NCBI GenBank assembly: GCA_963733295.1
Contig: CAVTCS010000003.1
Span: 2,688,001 to 2,752,000, forward strand
Direction of reading: 5' to 3'
Source of the DNA: Vulcanimicrobiota bacterium
GTDB lineage: Bacteria; Vulcanimicrobiota; Vulcanimicrobiia; Vulcanimicrobiales; Vulcanimicrobiaceae
DNA: 64,000 nt
How positions within the stretch are numbered: the first letter of the stretch is position 1; each line of letters opens with the position of its first letter. The notes beneath the pieces are model-generated. The model ran no database searches, had not been told where the DNA came from, and was given only the letters and a program-made list of their open reading frames with translations. A program made the position numbers and the translations under genes. This document shows positions 18,671 to 29,003 of the stretch, piece after piece.

Positions 18671-18754
18671 GGTCGCCGGCCTGGGCGGCGCCTTTCGCGG
18701 GGGCGCCGAGCTGGAGCCGAGCGAGACCATCCTGCTAAGGAGCTCCGCACCGCA
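18671..18754 (+). promoter_or_regulatory. Structured rpsO 5' leader (candidate S15 autoregulatory element)
   Basis: Hairpin CGGCGCCT/GGGCGCCG (18686-18708) enclosed by GGTC..CGGC/GCCG..GACC pairing, upstream of SD TAAGGAG. Confidence 0.5.
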
Positions 18755-19024
18755 ATGCCTCTGACCAAAGAACAGAAACAAGAGATCGCGGCCAAATACG
18801 GCCGCGGACCCGGCGACACCGGCTCGGCCGACGTCCAAGTCGCCGTCCTGACCGCCTCGATCAACCACTTGACCGAGCACCTCAAGATCCACAAAAAGGA
18901 TCATCACAGCCGCCGCGGCCTCCTCATGCAAGTCGGGCAGCGCCGCAGGCTCCTCGGCTATTTGCAGCGCGAAGACCTGGAACGCTATCGCAAGCTCATC
19001 GCCGACCTCGGGCTGCGCCGCTAA
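18755..19024 (+). CDS. rpsO: 30S ribosomal protein S15
   Basis: [13 protein letters not shown]...[12 protein letters not shown], 89 aa. Confidence 0.99.
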   Translation: MPLTKEQKQEIAAKYGRGPGDTGSADVQVAVLTASINHLTEHLKIHKKDHHSRRGLLMQVGQRRRLLGYLQREDLERYRKLIADLGLRR

Positions 19025-19072
19025 CCCTCGCGACGCAACCACGCTGCCGCTGCCGCAGTTCCTAAGAGCGCC

Positions 19073-19507
19073 ATGTTTCGCACGCTGATGAAGTCCAAGA
19101 TCCACCGCGCCGTCGTGACGCAGGCGGACGTGAACTACGTGGGCTCGGTGACGATCGACGCCGAGCTGATGTCGGCCGCCGACATTCTGCCGGGCGAGCA
19201 AGTCGCGATCGCCGACATCACGAACGGCGCGCGCCTCGAAACCTACGCGATCGCCGGAGCCGCGGGATCGGGAACGATCGGCATCAACGGTGCGGCCGCG
19301 CGCTTGATCCATCCGGGCGATCTTATCATCCTCATTACGTACGCGCAGTTTTCCGAAACGGAAGCGCGCACGCTCGTGCCGCGTATCGTCCACGTCGACG
19401 AACGCAACCGGATCGCGCGAATCGGGCAGGATCGGGCCGAGGCCCTCGACGCACGGGCGTCGACGCTGCGCGGCGATCTCTCCTACGAAGAACCGATTCT
19501 CGCTTGA
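19073..19507 (+). CDS. panD: Aspartate 1-decarboxylase
   Basis: [10 protein letters not shown], cleavage site [23 protein letters not shown]. Confidence 0.97.
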   Translation: MFRTLMKSKIHRAVVTQADVNYVGSVTIDAELMSAADILPGEQVAIADITNGARLETYAIAGAAGSGTIGINGAAARLIHPGDLIILITYAQFSETEARTLVPRIVHVDERNRIARIGQDRAEALDARASTLRGDLSYEEPILA

Positions 19508-19523
19508 TGCGGCGGCGCGCGCG

Positions 19524-20630
19524 GTGAGCGAGAGCGAGCTCGCGCGAGCCTGGAACGAAGCTCCCCGTGCGGTCACGCACCATCAACGCGTGCGGCCGAA
19601 GGACGCCCTAACCGAACTCGCAGCCTTCGCACCGGCCGAAGCGCAGGCGGATTCGTACGGCGAAGGCGCATTGCTGGCACGCCTCGAGGGCCGCATCGCG
19701 TCCTTGCTCGGAAAAGAAGCCGCCGCATTCATGCCCAGCGGGACGATGGCGCAGCAAATCGCGCTGCGCATTTGGACCGATCGCGCGAGTTGCCCGAACG
19801 TCGCCTTTCATCCAACGTGTCACCTCGCACTTCACGAAGCGCAAGCCTACGCTTTTCTGCACGGAATGCGCAGCGTTCCGCTCGGGCCGCCGACGGCGCT
19901 GATGCGCGCGAGCGACGTCGAGGCTCTGGCGGAGCCGATCGCGGCGTTGCTCGTCGAGCTGCCGCAGCGCGAAATCGGCGCGCAACTGCTCGAGTGGGAC
20001 GAGCTCGTCGCGCTCTGCGCGGCGGCGCGAGCGCGCGGCGCGAAGCTTCACCTCGACGGCGCACGCCTCTGGGAAGCGCAAGCGTTTTACGGCCGGCCGC
20101 ATGCAGAGATCGCCGCGCTCTTCGACACGGTGTACGTCTCGTTCTATAAAGGTCTCGGCGCGATCGCCGGAGCTGCACTCGCAGGCGACGACGCGACGAT
20201 CGCCGAGGCGCGGGTCTGGCAGCACCGCCACGGCGGCAGACTCGTCTCGCTCTACCCGCTCGCGCTGTCGGCCGAGCGGGGTCTCGACTTGCGGCTCGAG
20301 CGCATGCAGGAGTACCGGCGCGCCGCCCTCGCGATCGCCGCAGCGTTGCGCGCCGTCGACGGCGTCAGCCTGCTTCCCGATCCTCCGCAGACGAACACGT
20401 TCCACATCTTCTTGCGCGGCGAGCGCGCGACGCTCGAAGCGCGCGCCGTCGCGCTCGCGCGCGAACGGGGCATCGCGCTGGCGCGCCGCTTCGCGAACTG
20501 CGCCGTTCCCGGTTTCGTGAAATGGGAGTTCGTCGCGGGCGACGCGACGCTCGAGTTCGAGCCGTCCGAGGTCGCCGCGCTGGTTGCCGAACTGAGCGGC
20601 GCCTCCCAGGCGAGCGCTCGGACCCCCTAG
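19524..20630 (+). CDS. ltaE: Low-specificity L-threonine aldolase family PLP enzyme
   Basis: GKEAAAFMPSGTMAQ, HLDGARLW, VSFYKGLG (PLP lysine). Confidence 0.85.
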   Translation: MSESELARAWNEAPRAVTHHQRVRPKDALTELAAFAPAEAQADSYGEGALLARLEGRIASLLGKEAAAFMPSGTMAQQIALRIWTDRASCPNVAFHPTCHLALHEAQAYAFLHGMRSVPLGPPTALMRASDVEALAEPIAALLVELPQREIGAQLLEWDELVALCAAARARGAKLHLDGARLWEAQAFYGRPHAEIAALFDTVYVSFYKGLGAIAGAALAGDDATIAEARVWQHRHGGRLVSLYPLALSAERGLDLRLERMQEYRRAALAIAAALRAVDGVSLLPDPPQTNTFHIFLRGERATLEARAVALARERGIALARRFANCAVPGFVKWEFVAGDATLEFEPSEVAALVAELSGASQASARTP

Positions 20631-20719
20631 CACGCCCTGCTAGCGCAGGCTGAACTTCGAGCTGCGGCGAACCGCAGAACGTTTACGATAAAAGTAAGAA
20701 CAAGAAAATAGGAGTAACT

Positions 20720-22900
20720 GTGCCAGAAACCGTCTCTATCGAGATCGGCGGCCGTACGCTGGTTATCGAGACCGGTGAATTGGCAAAGCAAGCCAACGGC
20801 AGCGCTCTCGTCCGCTATGGCGACAGCAACGTCGTGCTCGCCGCCGTCACCGTTTCCGAAAAGCCTCGCGAAGGCATCGATTTCTTTCCTCTGACCTGCG
20901 AATTCGAAGAGCGGATGTACGCAGCCGGCAAGATCCCCGGCGGATACATCAAGCGCGAAGGCCGTCCGACCGAACACGCGACGCTCAGCGCGCGCCAGAT
21001 CGATCGGCCGATTCGACCGCTTTTCCCCGAGGGCTTCCGCAACGACGTCATGATCGTTACGACCGTGCTCTCGATCGATCCCGAACTCGACGCCGACGTG
21101 CTCGCCGTTTGCGCGGCCGGTGCGGCCCTCGCGTTCTCCGACATTCCGTTCGATCAAACGGTCGCGGCGGTACGCGTCGGCCGCGACGAACACGGTGCGT
21201 TCATTTGCAACCCGACGCTGCCGCAGTACGAGACCGGTGGTCTCGATCTCGTGGTTGCCGGCACCGCCAACGCCGTCATGATGGTCGAAGGCGGCGGGAG
21301 CGAACTCTCCGAGGAGGATTTGCTCGGCGCGGTCGCCTTCGCACACGCCGAAATCAAGAAGATCGTGGAAGCGATCGACAAGCTCGCGAAAAAGACCGGC
21401 AAAACCAAACGCACGTATCCGGCTCCGGAAAAGAACGCCGAACTTGCGGCTTGGATGGAAAAGAACTTTAAGAAGGACGTCGCCAAGGCGATGCGCGTCG
21501 TCGACAAGACCGAGCGCAACGCGGCTTTCGCGAAGTTGACGCGCGCCGAAGCGCTCGAACGACTCGGCAAGAAGGACGACGCGGTCCGCGCGATCCTCGA
21601 AGATCCCTCGAACAAAGAGTTCGAGAAGACCATCAAGGCGATGGAAGAGGAAGAATTGCGCGTCATGGTCGTCGACGAAGGGCAACGGCCCGACGGACGC
21701 AAGGCCGACGAGATCCGGCCGATCACGTGCACGACGCACCTGCTGCCGCGCGTTCACGGAACCGGACTCTTCACGCGCGGACAGACGCAAGTCTTGAGCG
21801 CGGCGACGTTGGGTTCGATCTCCGACGAGCAACGGCTCGACTGGATCATCGCGGTTCCCAACAAGCGCTACATGCACTACTACAACTTCCCGCCGTATTC
21901 GGTCGGCGAGACGCGCCCGATGCGCGGTCCGGGCCGGCGCGAGATCGGACACGGACATCTGGCCGAGCGCGCGCTCGTTCCGGTGCTGCCCGCTGAGGAA
22001 GACTTCCCTTACACGCTGCGGGTCGTAAGCGAAACGCTCGAGTCCAACGGATCGTCGTCGATGGCGTCGGTTTGCGGCTCGACGCTCGCGCTGATGGATG
22101 CCGGCGTGCCGATCAAAAAGCACGTCGCGGGCGTCGCGATGGGGCTGATCTTGCACGGCAAGAAGCACGCCGTGCTCACCGACATTCAAGGGCTCGAAGA
22201 TGCTCTGGGCGAGATGGACTTCAAGGTCGCCGGAACGACCGACGGCATCACCGCGATCCAGATGGACATCAAGGTCCAAGGGATCACGCTCGAGATCATG
22301 CGCGAAGCGCTCGCGCAAGCCAAGAAGAGCCGGCTCTTCATCATCGATAAATTGAAGGCGGCGATCCCCGAAGCGCGCAAGGAGCTTTCTCCGTACGCGC
22401 CGCGGATGATCGTTTTGACGATCAATCCCGAGAAGATCAAAGACGTCATCGGACCCGGCGGTAAGATCATCAACAAGATCATCGCGGATACGGGCGTCAA
22501 GATCGACATCGAGAACGACGGCCGCGTCTTCATCGCATCGCCCGACGGCGAGGGAGCCGAACGGGCCAAGAAGATGGTCGAGGCGCTTACCAAGGACGTC
22601 GAAGTGGGCCAAACCTATATGGGGACGGTCACGCGCCTCATGAACTTCGGCGCATTCGTGGCGGTGCTTCCGGGCAAGGAAGGGCTCGTCCACATCAGCC
22701 AGCTCGCGCCGACCCGCGTCGAGCGGGTCGAGGACGTCGTGAAGATCGGCGACGAGATCATGGTCAAGGTCGTCGAGATCGACTCGCAAGGCCGGATCAA
22801 TCTTTCGCGCCGCGCGGTCCTCACCGGCGAAGATCCGGGACCGCTGCGCAACGGCGACGCCCGCGAGCCGAGCGGCGGCCGCCGGCGGCGCCGCGAGTAA
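20720..22900 (+). CDS. pnp: Polyribonucleotide nucleotidyltransferase
   Basis: FFPLT, RQIDRPIRPLF, FTRGQTQ, RREIGHG, SNGSSSMAS, DFKVAGT, KH and S1 domains. SD AGGAG before GTG. Confidence 0.99.
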   Translation: MPETVSIEIGGRTLVIETGELAKQANGSALVRYGDSNVVLAAVTVSEKPREGIDFFPLTCEFEERMYAAGKIPGGYIKREGRPTEHATLSARQIDRPIRPLFPEGFRNDVMIVTTVLSIDPELDADVLAVCAAGAALAFSDIPFDQTVAAVRVGRDEHGAFICNPTLPQYETGGLDLVVAGTANAVMMVEGGGSELSEEDLLGAVAFAHAEIKKIVEAIDKLAKKTGKTKRTYPAPEKNAELAAWMEKNFKKDVAKAMRVVDKTERNAAFAKLTRAEALERLGKKDDAVRAILEDPSNKEFEKTIKAMEEEELRVMVVDEGQRPDGRKADEIRPITCTTHLLPRVHGTGLFTRGQTQVLSAATLGSISDEQRLDWIIAVPNKRYMHYYNFPPYSVGETRPMRGPGRREIGHGHLAERALVPVLPAEEDFPYTLRVVSETLESNGSSSMASVCGSTLALMDAGVPIKKHVAGVAMGLILHGKKHAVLTDIQGLEDALGEMDFKVAGTTDGITAIQMDIKVQGITLEIMREALAQAKKSRLFIIDKLKAAIPEARKELSPYAPRMIVLTINPEKIKDVIGPGGKIINKIIADTGVKIDIENDGRVFIASPDGEGAERAKKMVEALTKDVEVGQTYMGTVTRLMNFGAFVAVLPGKEGLVHISQLAPTRVERVEDVVKIGDEIMVKVVEIDSQGRINLSRRAVLTGEDPGPLRNGDAREPSGGRRRRRE

Positions 22901-22921
22901 ACTCGAAGCCTGGTACGGAAG

Positions 22922-22956
22922 GAAGCCCCGGGGTAAGCCCGGGGCTTCTCACTTCG
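22922..22956 (+). terminator. Intrinsic terminator after pnp
   Basis: 11-bp stem GAAGCCCCGGG/CCCGGGGCTTC with a 5-nt loop and a weak pyrimidine tail. Confidence 0.75.
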
Positions 22957-22977
22957 CTTCGATAGGAGGATCACGGC

Positions 22978-23541
22978 ATGGTAGGTGTGCAGCAGATAGC
23001 CGCCCATTGGTGGGTATTCCTGATCCGCGGAATCATCGCGATCGCCTTCGGTGTCGTGGCCCTCGCGTATCCCTTGCTCACTGCGGCAGCCTTCGTTTTC
23101 ATCTTCGCCGGTTACGCCTGCGTGGACGGGATCTTCACGCTCATCGCGGCGGTGCGTTTGGCGCATCCCGAGAGCGGGCGCTGGTGGTGGATGATCCTGC
23201 AAGGCGTTCTCGGGATCGCAATCGCCATCCTTACCGTCTTGTATCCCTTCATAACGGCCTACGCGCTCGGCGTTTTGATCGCGGTCTGGGCGATCGTAAC
23301 CGGAATCACCGAGATCGCGGCTGCGGTCCGCTTGCGCAAGGACATCCCCAACGAAATCTTCCTGCTCGTGGTCGGCGCGCTCTCCGTGTTCGTCGGCATC
23401 GTGCTCTTCTTCCGGCCGCTGACGGCGCTCTTGGCTTGGGTCTGGGTGGTTGCGTTCTATGCGATTCTCGCCGGAATCATGTTGATCGCGCTCGCCTTTC
23501 GCCTACGCAGTCGCAAGGGCACGCTCACAACTGCGTCTTAG
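22978..23541 (+). CDS. HdeD/DUF308 family membrane protein
   Basis: WWVFLIRGIIAIAFG, repeated TM hairpins, AAVRLRK. SD AGGAGG. Confidence 0.88.
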   Translation: MVGVQQIAAHWWVFLIRGIIAIAFGVVALAYPLLTAAAFVFIFAGYACVDGIFTLIAAVRLAHPESGRWWWMILQGVLGIAIAILTVLYPFITAYALGVLIAVWAIVTGITEIAAAVRLRKDIPNEIFLLVVGALSVFVGIVLFFRPLTALLAWVWVVAFYAILAGIMLIALAFRLRSRKGTLTTAS

Positions 23542-23568
23542 CGACCTCGGCACTTCCCGAAAGTCAGC

Positions 23569-25152
23569 ATGGCATTCGATTCTCTAGAGCGCTTCGTCGC
23601 GGCGCTCAAGCGCGCCGGCGAACTCGTCGAAATCGACGTGCCGGTCGACCCGCATCTCGAGATCGCCGAAATCAGCGACCGGGTCGTGAAAGCCGGCGGT
23701 CCGGCGCTGCTCTTCCGCGAGGTCGTCGGATCGCGCTATCCCGTCTTGACCAACCAGTTCGGGAGCGAACGGCGCATGGCGATCGCGCTCGGCGCACGTT
23801 CGCTGGATGAGGTCGCAAACCGCGTGCGCAACGCGATCTCGCTCGGCTTTCCCGACTCGATCGGCGGCAAGCTGTCGCGGCTCGCGGCGCTCGGTGCGCT
23901 CGGTTTCGCGCGACCGCGTTTCGTCCGGGACGCACCCGTTCAAGAAGTCGTCGAACGCTCTCCGAATCTGCGCGAACTGCCGGTGCTCACGACCTGGCCG
24001 CTCGACGGCGGACCTTTTATCACGCTGCCGCTCGTCATCACCCGAGATCCCGAAAGCGGCACCCAAAACGTCGGCATGTATCGCATGCAGATCTACGACG
24101 AGCGCACGACGGGCATGCACTGGCAGCGTCACAAGCAGGGCCGCGCTCACGCGGCCAAATGGGGACGCAAAGTTCCGGTCGCGGTCGCGATCGGCGCCGA
24201 TCCCGCTCTGACGTACGCGGCGACGGCGCCTTTGCCGCCGATCGTCGACGAAACCGCCTTCGCCGGCTTCTTGCGCGGCCGCGCGCTGCGCGTGACGCGC
24301 GGCATCAGCGTCGAATTGAACGTTCCGGCCGACGCCGAATTCGTGCTGGAAGGCTACGTCGACAACGAAGACTTGCGGACCGAGGGACCGTTCGGCGACC
24401 ACACCGGCGTATACAGTCTCGCGGACCGGTATCCGACGTTTCACGTCACCTGCCTGACGCGGCGGCGCAGGCCGATCTATGCGGCCACGGTCGTCGGAAA
24501 GCCGCCGATGGAAGACGCGTGGCTCGGCAAAGCGACCGAACGGATCTTTTTGCCGCTCTTGCAGATGGTCGTGCCGGAGATCGTCGACTACAACTTGCCG
24601 GTCGAGGGCGGTTTCCACAACTTGTGCATCGTCGCGGTCAAGAAGTCGTATCCGGGGCAAGCGAAAAAGGTGATGAACGCGCTCTGGGGGCTCGGCCACA
24701 TGATGATGCTGACGCGCGTCCTGCTCGTCGTCGACGCCGACGTCGACGTCCACGACCCGCGCGCCGTCGCCTGGTTCGCGTTGAACAACGTCGACCCGTC
24801 GCGCGACTTGGTCGTGATGCCGGGCCCGGTCGACGACCTCGACCACAGCGGATCGTTCGTCCCGGCGCTCGGGCACAAGCTCGGCATCGATGCGACGCGC
24901 AAGGGTGCCGACGAAGGCTACGCGCGCGTGTGGCCGCCGGATATCGTCATGAACGACGCGACGCGGGCGCTGGTGACGCGACGTTGGAACGAATACGGCT
25001 TGCGCAACTTGCAGCCGCGCGACGACTTGTGGTCGGGCCAAGGCGCCTACGCGCTGCGGCGTTTGCTCGACGGCCCGACTCTGGCAGCGGGCGCCGCCGA
25101 TGCGCCGACGCTGCCAACGAACGGCTCCGCGCTCGAAGGCGAAACGCCGTGA
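23569..25152 (+). CDS. UbiD family decarboxylase (menaquinone futalosine-pathway MqnL-like)
   Basis: GPALLF, DGGPFITLP, NVGMYR, EGPFGDHTG, GKPPMED and GIDATRK motifs. Confidence 0.92.
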   Translation: MAFDSLERFVAALKRAGELVEIDVPVDPHLEIAEISDRVVKAGGPALLFREVVGSRYPVLTNQFGSERRMAIALGARSLDEVANRVRNAISLGFPDSIGGKLSRLAALGALGFARPRFVRDAPVQEVVERSPNLRELPVLTTWPLDGGPFITLPLVITRDPESGTQNVGMYRMQIYDERTTGMHWQRHKQGRAHAAKWGRKVPVAVAIGADPALTYAATAPLPPIVDETAFAGFLRGRALRVTRGISVELNVPADAEFVLEGYVDNEDLRTEGPFGDHTGVYSLADRYPTFHVTCLTRRRRPIYAATVVGKPPMEDAWLGKATERIFLPLLQMVVPEIVDYNLPVEGGFHNLCIVAVKKSYPGQAKKVMNALWGLGHMMMLTRVLLVVDADVDVHDPRAVAWFALNNVDPSRDLVVMPGPVDDLDHSGSFVPALGHKLGIDATRKGADEGYARVWPPDIVMNDATRALVTRRWNEYGLRNLQPRDDLWSGQGAYALRRLLDGPTLAAGAADAPTLPTNGSALEGETP

Positions 25153-26033
25153 GCGCGGGACGCGTTGGAACGCCGCACAGCGCGGCGGCGCTCGTTCTGC
25201 GCGAGATTCGACTCGAGCACACGCTCTTTGCGTTGCCCTTCGCCTACACCGGCGCGATCTTTGCGGCCAACGGTTTGCCGACGCCGGCTCAGGCCGGCTG
25301 GATCACCTTGGCGGTGCTCGGCGCTCGCACCGCGGCGATGGCGGCGAACCGTTACGTCGACCGCGAGATCGACGCGCGCAACCCGCGCACGGCACGCCGC
25401 GCCCTCGCGAGCGGCACGCTCCCGCCGGCGGTCATGCTCTGGACCGCGTTCTTCGGACTGGCGCTGTTGGTCGTGGCCGCAGCGGCGCTCAATCCGCTCT
25501 GCCTCGAGCTGCTCCCGCTCGCCGCGCTCGGCATCCTGCTCTACCCGTTTTGCAAGCGCTTCACTTGGAGCGCGCACTTCGTCCTGGGAGCGGTCGACGG
25601 GCTCGCTCCGCTGGGGGCGTACATCGCGGTCGCGGCGCGCGTTTCCGCGAGCGCACTGCTGCTCTTCGGCGCGGTCACGCTGTGGGTAGCCGGCTTCGAC
25701 ATCATCTACGCGTTGATGGACCGCGAGGTCGACATCGCGCAAAAGATCCGCTCCATTCCAGCCCGCTTCGGCGTACGGAGCGGACAGCGGCTGCCGCTCG
25801 CGCTGCATGCCCTGATGCTGGCCTTCCTCGCCTGCGCCGGCGCCTTAGCCGCAGTCGGTCCGCTCTACTATGCAGGCGTCGCGTGCGGCCTCGCGCTGGT
25901 CGCGTACGAAGCGTACTTGCTGCGTTCCGCAAAGGATGTTTTCGTCCTCAACGAACGAGTCTTCGTGAGCAACATGGTTTTCTCGGTCGCCTTTTTGGTC
26001 GCGACGCTCGGAGGTTTCGTGTGGCGAGGCTGA
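25149..26033 (+). CDS. UbiA-like polyprenyltransferase (MqnP-like)
   Basis: EHTLFALPFAY, NRYVDREIDARNPRT, YPFCKRFT, GFDIIYALMD. GTGA overlap. Confidence 0.92.
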   Translation: MSAGRVGTPHSAAALVLREIRLEHTLFALPFAYTGAIFAANGLPTPAQAGWITLAVLGARTAAMAANRYVDREIDARNPRTARRALASGTLPPAVMLWTAFFGLALLVVAAAALNPLCLELLPLAALGILLYPFCKRFTWSAHFVLGAVDGLAPLGAYIAVAARVSASALLLFGAVTLWVAGFDIIYALMDREVDIAQKIRSIPARFGVRSGQRLPLALHALMLAFLACAGALAAVGPLYYAGVACGLALVAYEAYLLRSAKDVFVLNERVFVSNMVFSVAFLVATLGGFVWRG

Positions 26034-27199
26034 GGCGCGGCGAGTTTCTGGGAAGCGCCGCAGCGTTCGGTGCGGCCTCGCTCGGCATGCCGGCCGGCGC
26101 TGCCGGGAATTACGGCGACTTGCCGATCGCCGGAACGGTGACGATCGCCGTCGTCGCGCCTTTCACCGGCGATGAAATTCACCTCGGCGAGCAACTCGGC
26201 AACGGCGTGCGCGCCGCGATCGACGACACCAATCAGCTGCGCGGGACGCTCGACAAAGCGTTCGTGCTGCGTCCCTTCGACGACCAGAACCTGCTGGCGA
26301 CGGGCCTTCAGAGCGCGGAGTTCGCGTGTGACGATGCGACGGTCGTGTGTGTGATCGGCCACTTGAGCGGAAAGATCACCGACGCCGCGCTGAAGACGTA
26401 CGTCAACAACGATATGCCGGTCATCGTTCCGGCCACTACGTACGATCCGATCACCTCGCACGGCTACGGCAGCGTGCTGCGACTCTCGACGAAAGATTCG
26501 ACCGAGGGCCGGCTCACCGCGCGCAGCGCCGAAGCGCTGAAACCGTCGAATGCGGTGGTGCTCTACCAGGACGGCGACTACGGACTCGACGTGGCGGCCG
26601 GTTTCCACAACCAGCTGCTCGCCGATAAGGTGGCGTCGAAAGCGCTCGGCTTCAGCTGGTCGTCGCCCGACTTTCCTGGCGTGACGAAGGCCGCGCTCGA
26701 ATCGAAACCCGACGTCATCTACTTGGCGGGCGTCGTCAAGGACATGGGCGGAATGATTCCCGCCTTGCACGCCGCGGGCTATACCGGGGCGCTCTACGCC
26801 TCGCAGGGCTTCTTCGACGCGCTGACGGTCTCCAAGTACGCCGCCGAGGCCGAAGGCTTGATCGTATCGAGTTCGATGCCGCCGCTGCAACTCGCACCGA
26901 GCGATTTCCGCGTGCGCAACAATTTCCAGCTCAAGTACGGCGCGATGACGCCGCTCTCGACGTTCGCCTACGCCGCGGCGCAGATCGCGATCTCGGGCGT
27001 GCATCGCACCGGCGCGACCGACCGCATCGGCGTGGCGCGGGCGCTCTCGTACTCAACGCCCTTCGACACCGTCTTGGGCAGCATCACGTTTCAAAACGAC
27101 GGCGATCCCTCGAATCCGAACGTGTACTTCTACACGATCAAGAACGGCGCGTGGAGCTACCTCCGCGCCTCGCACAAGACCGAATTTATCTTGAAGTAG
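26021..27199 (+). CDS. Branched-chain amino acid ABC substrate-binding protein (LivJ-like), Tat-like signal
   Basis: RRGEFLG twin-arginine-like signal, VIGHLS, DYGLDVA, TVLGSITF..GD. SD GGAGG before GTG at 26021. Confidence 0.85.
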   Translation: MARLRRGEFLGSAAAFGAASLGMPAGAAGNYGDLPIAGTVTIAVVAPFTGDEIHLGEQLGNGVRAAIDDTNQLRGTLDKAFVLRPFDDQNLLATGLQSAEFACDDATVVCVIGHLSGKITDAALKTYVNNDMPVIVPATTYDPITSHGYGSVLRLSTKDSTEGRLTARSAEALKPSNAVVLYQDGDYGLDVAAGFHNQLLADKVASKALGFSWSSPDFPGVTKAALESKPDVIYLAGVVKDMGGMIPALHAAGYTGALYASQGFFDALTVSKYAAEAEGLIVSSSMPPLQLAPSDFRVRNNFQLKYGAMTPLSTFAYAAAQIAISGVHRTGATDRIGVARALSYSTPFDTVLGSITFQNDGDPSNPNVYFYTIKNGAWSYLRASHKTEFILK

Positions 27200-27338
27200 C
27201 CGATCCGCGGCGCGCGTCGTTCGCTTGCTGCCGCAGCGACGGCACCGCGCTTTCGTCCGGCGCGTCCTCGAGGTCGATGCTGATGCGCAACCGCCATGCG
27301 CCGAGCGTCAATGAGAATCCCGTGCCGAAATAGCGCAT
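27186..27338 (-). CDS. Small 50-aa ORF at the end of the GntR-ABC operon
   Basis: ATG 1 nt after the permease stop. MRYFGTGFSLTLGAWRLRISIDLEDAPDESAVPSLRQQANDARRGSATSR. Confidence 0.55.
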   Translation of the reverse strand: MRYFGTGFSLTLGAWRLRISIDLEDAPDESAVPSLRQQANDARRGSATSR

Positions 27339-27339
27339 C

Positions 27340-28101
27340 TCAGATCTCCATCCGTTTCCAGCCGAACGTACCTATCGCGCAGCCGACGATTCCCAGGCCG
27401 AACACGATCGCGACCTTTACGGAGCCGGCGAGCGTGAAAAGCGCGCGCGACGAAAAGTCGCCACCGTGTTCCGAGCTCGAGATCCCGTAGTAGGCAAGCG
27501 GATTGAGGACGTTCAGCGCCATCACGATGCCGTGCAGCACGCTGCTGAGCGGCACGATCGCGAGAACCACCAGCACGAAGTACGAGCCCCAGGCGATCCC
27601 GGCAACCATGCCGCCTTTCGCCTGATGCCACGCGGTGAAGCCTTGAGCGTTCCCGTAGCACATGAAGGCGGTGCCGAGCCCAAGCTCCGCCGCGCCCGAC
27701 GCCATCGGGTCGACGACCAAATGCCCGAAGAGACCGAGACCGGCGACGGTAGCGAGTTCGAGTGCCAGCGTCCCCGCCCACACCACGAGCATCGCAAGCA
27801 GGTCGAACGCGATGATGGAGATCGCCATTCGCTCCCGTGGAACGGGTTTCGTCCAAAGGCTCGGCAAGCTCTCGCCGAGCGAGTTCAAGCTCGAGCCGAG
27901 AAAAGCGCCGAACGCGGCGGCGACGAACCCGGCGACGAAGAGCAGTGCCGCGAGCGGCACGTTGCCGACCCGGGGGTGCGACCCGTTGACCTCCACATTT
28001 GCGTGGCCGGCGCTCACGAGGATCAACACGGCGAGCGCCGCGATCAGGCCCAGAATGATGACGACGCGCGCCCGGACGCGCAGGAACTCGAGATACAGCA
28101 T
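27340..28101 (-). CDS. ABC transporter permease (YtrC-like)
   Basis: About 6 TM helices, LWTKPVPRER loop, TAATG overlap with the ATPase. Confidence 0.8.
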   Translation of the reverse strand: MLYLEFLRVRARVVIILGLIAALAVLILVSAGHANVEVNGSHPRVGNVPLAALLFVAGFVAAAFGAFLGSSLNSLGESLPSLWTKPVPRERMAISIIAFDLLAMLVVWAGTLALELATVAGLGLFGHLVVDPMASGAAELGLGTAFMCYGNAQGFTAWHQAKGGMVAGIAWGSYFVLVVLAIVPLSSVLHGIVMALNVLNPLAYYGISSSEHGGDFSSRALFTLAGSVKVAIVFGLGIVGCAIGTFGWKRMEI

Positions 28102-29003
28102 TACACCACCCCGCTTGAGCTCTCGTCGCGTTCACCGACCGCGCCGAGAAAGATGTCTTCCAGATTGAGGTCCAAGACGTCGACGCTGCGCGGCCCGAGC
28201 GCTTCGAGCCGGCTGACGAACTCGTCGCCGCCGTCCCGCACGTAAAGGCGCAGGATGCGGCCGGTACGCTCGACGCGGCGCACGCGCGGATCGTTGACGA
28301 GACCGTTGCTTTCGGGAACCGATCCTTCGAAGATCGCCTCGACGACTTTCTCCTGGCCCTTGAGCGAGTCGACGTTGCCGTCGAGCACGAGCTTGCCGCG
28401 CTTGAGGATCGCGACACGATCGGCGGCGCGCTCGACTTGGCCGATCTGATGCGACGAAAAGAGCACGGTCGCGCCGCCGGCAGCGGCGTCGATGATCAAA
28501 TCGAGCGCGGCGCGTTGGAAAATCGGATCGAGTCCGCTGGCCGGCTCGTCGAGCACGAGGATCTTCGGCCGGAACGAGAACGCCAGCACGAGCGAGAGCG
28601 CAGTCTGCTGCCCTTTCGAAAGGCGCTTGGCACGTTTTTTCCGATCGAGCTTAAAGAGATCGACCAGTTCGTTCGCGCGGGCCGCATCGTAATTCGGGTA
28701 AAGGCGCCGGTTCAGTTCGAGATGTTGCGCGACGGTGAATTTTTCAAAGAGCGCGGGCCGCTCGGGGACGAAGCCGAGATTGGCAAAAGTTGACGCGCCG
28801 ACCGGCCGCCCTTCGATCTCGATCGTTCCGGAGGTCGGGCGAGTCAACCCGAGCAGACATTTGAATGCGGTCGACTTGCCCGCGCCGTTCGGTCCGAGCA
28901 AACCGCAGATCGAACCGGGTTCGATCTCGAGCGTCAGGTCCGAGACGGCTTCGAACGAGCCGTAGCGTTTGGTCAGGCCGCGAATCGCGATCGTATGGGT
29001 CAC
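28101..29003 (-). CDS. ABC transporter ATP-binding protein (YtrB-like)
   Basis: GPNGAGKST, LSKGQ, LVLDEPASGLDP, SSH, LEDIF motifs. Confidence 0.92.
   Translation of the reverse strand: MTHTIAIRGLTKRYGSFEAVSDLTLEIEPGSICGLLGPNGAGKSTAFKCLLGLTRPTSGTIEIEGRPVGASTFANLGFVPERPALFEKFTVAQHLELNRRLYPNYDAARANELVDLFKLDRKKRAKRLSKGQQTALSLVLAFSFRPKILVLDEPASGLDPIFQRAALDLIIDAAAGGATVLFSSHQIGQVERAADRVAILKRGKLVLDGNVDSLKGQEKVVEAIFEGSVPESNGLVNDPRVRRVERTGRILRLYVRDGGDEFVSRLEALGPRSVDVLDLNLEDIFLGAVGERDESSSGVV

Noticed and set aside
13383..26020. Long N-terminal extensions in track ORFs (13383, 14654, 24159, 25100)
   Set aside because: They overlap real upstream genes in other frames; true starts were placed at stop/start overlaps or SD sites.
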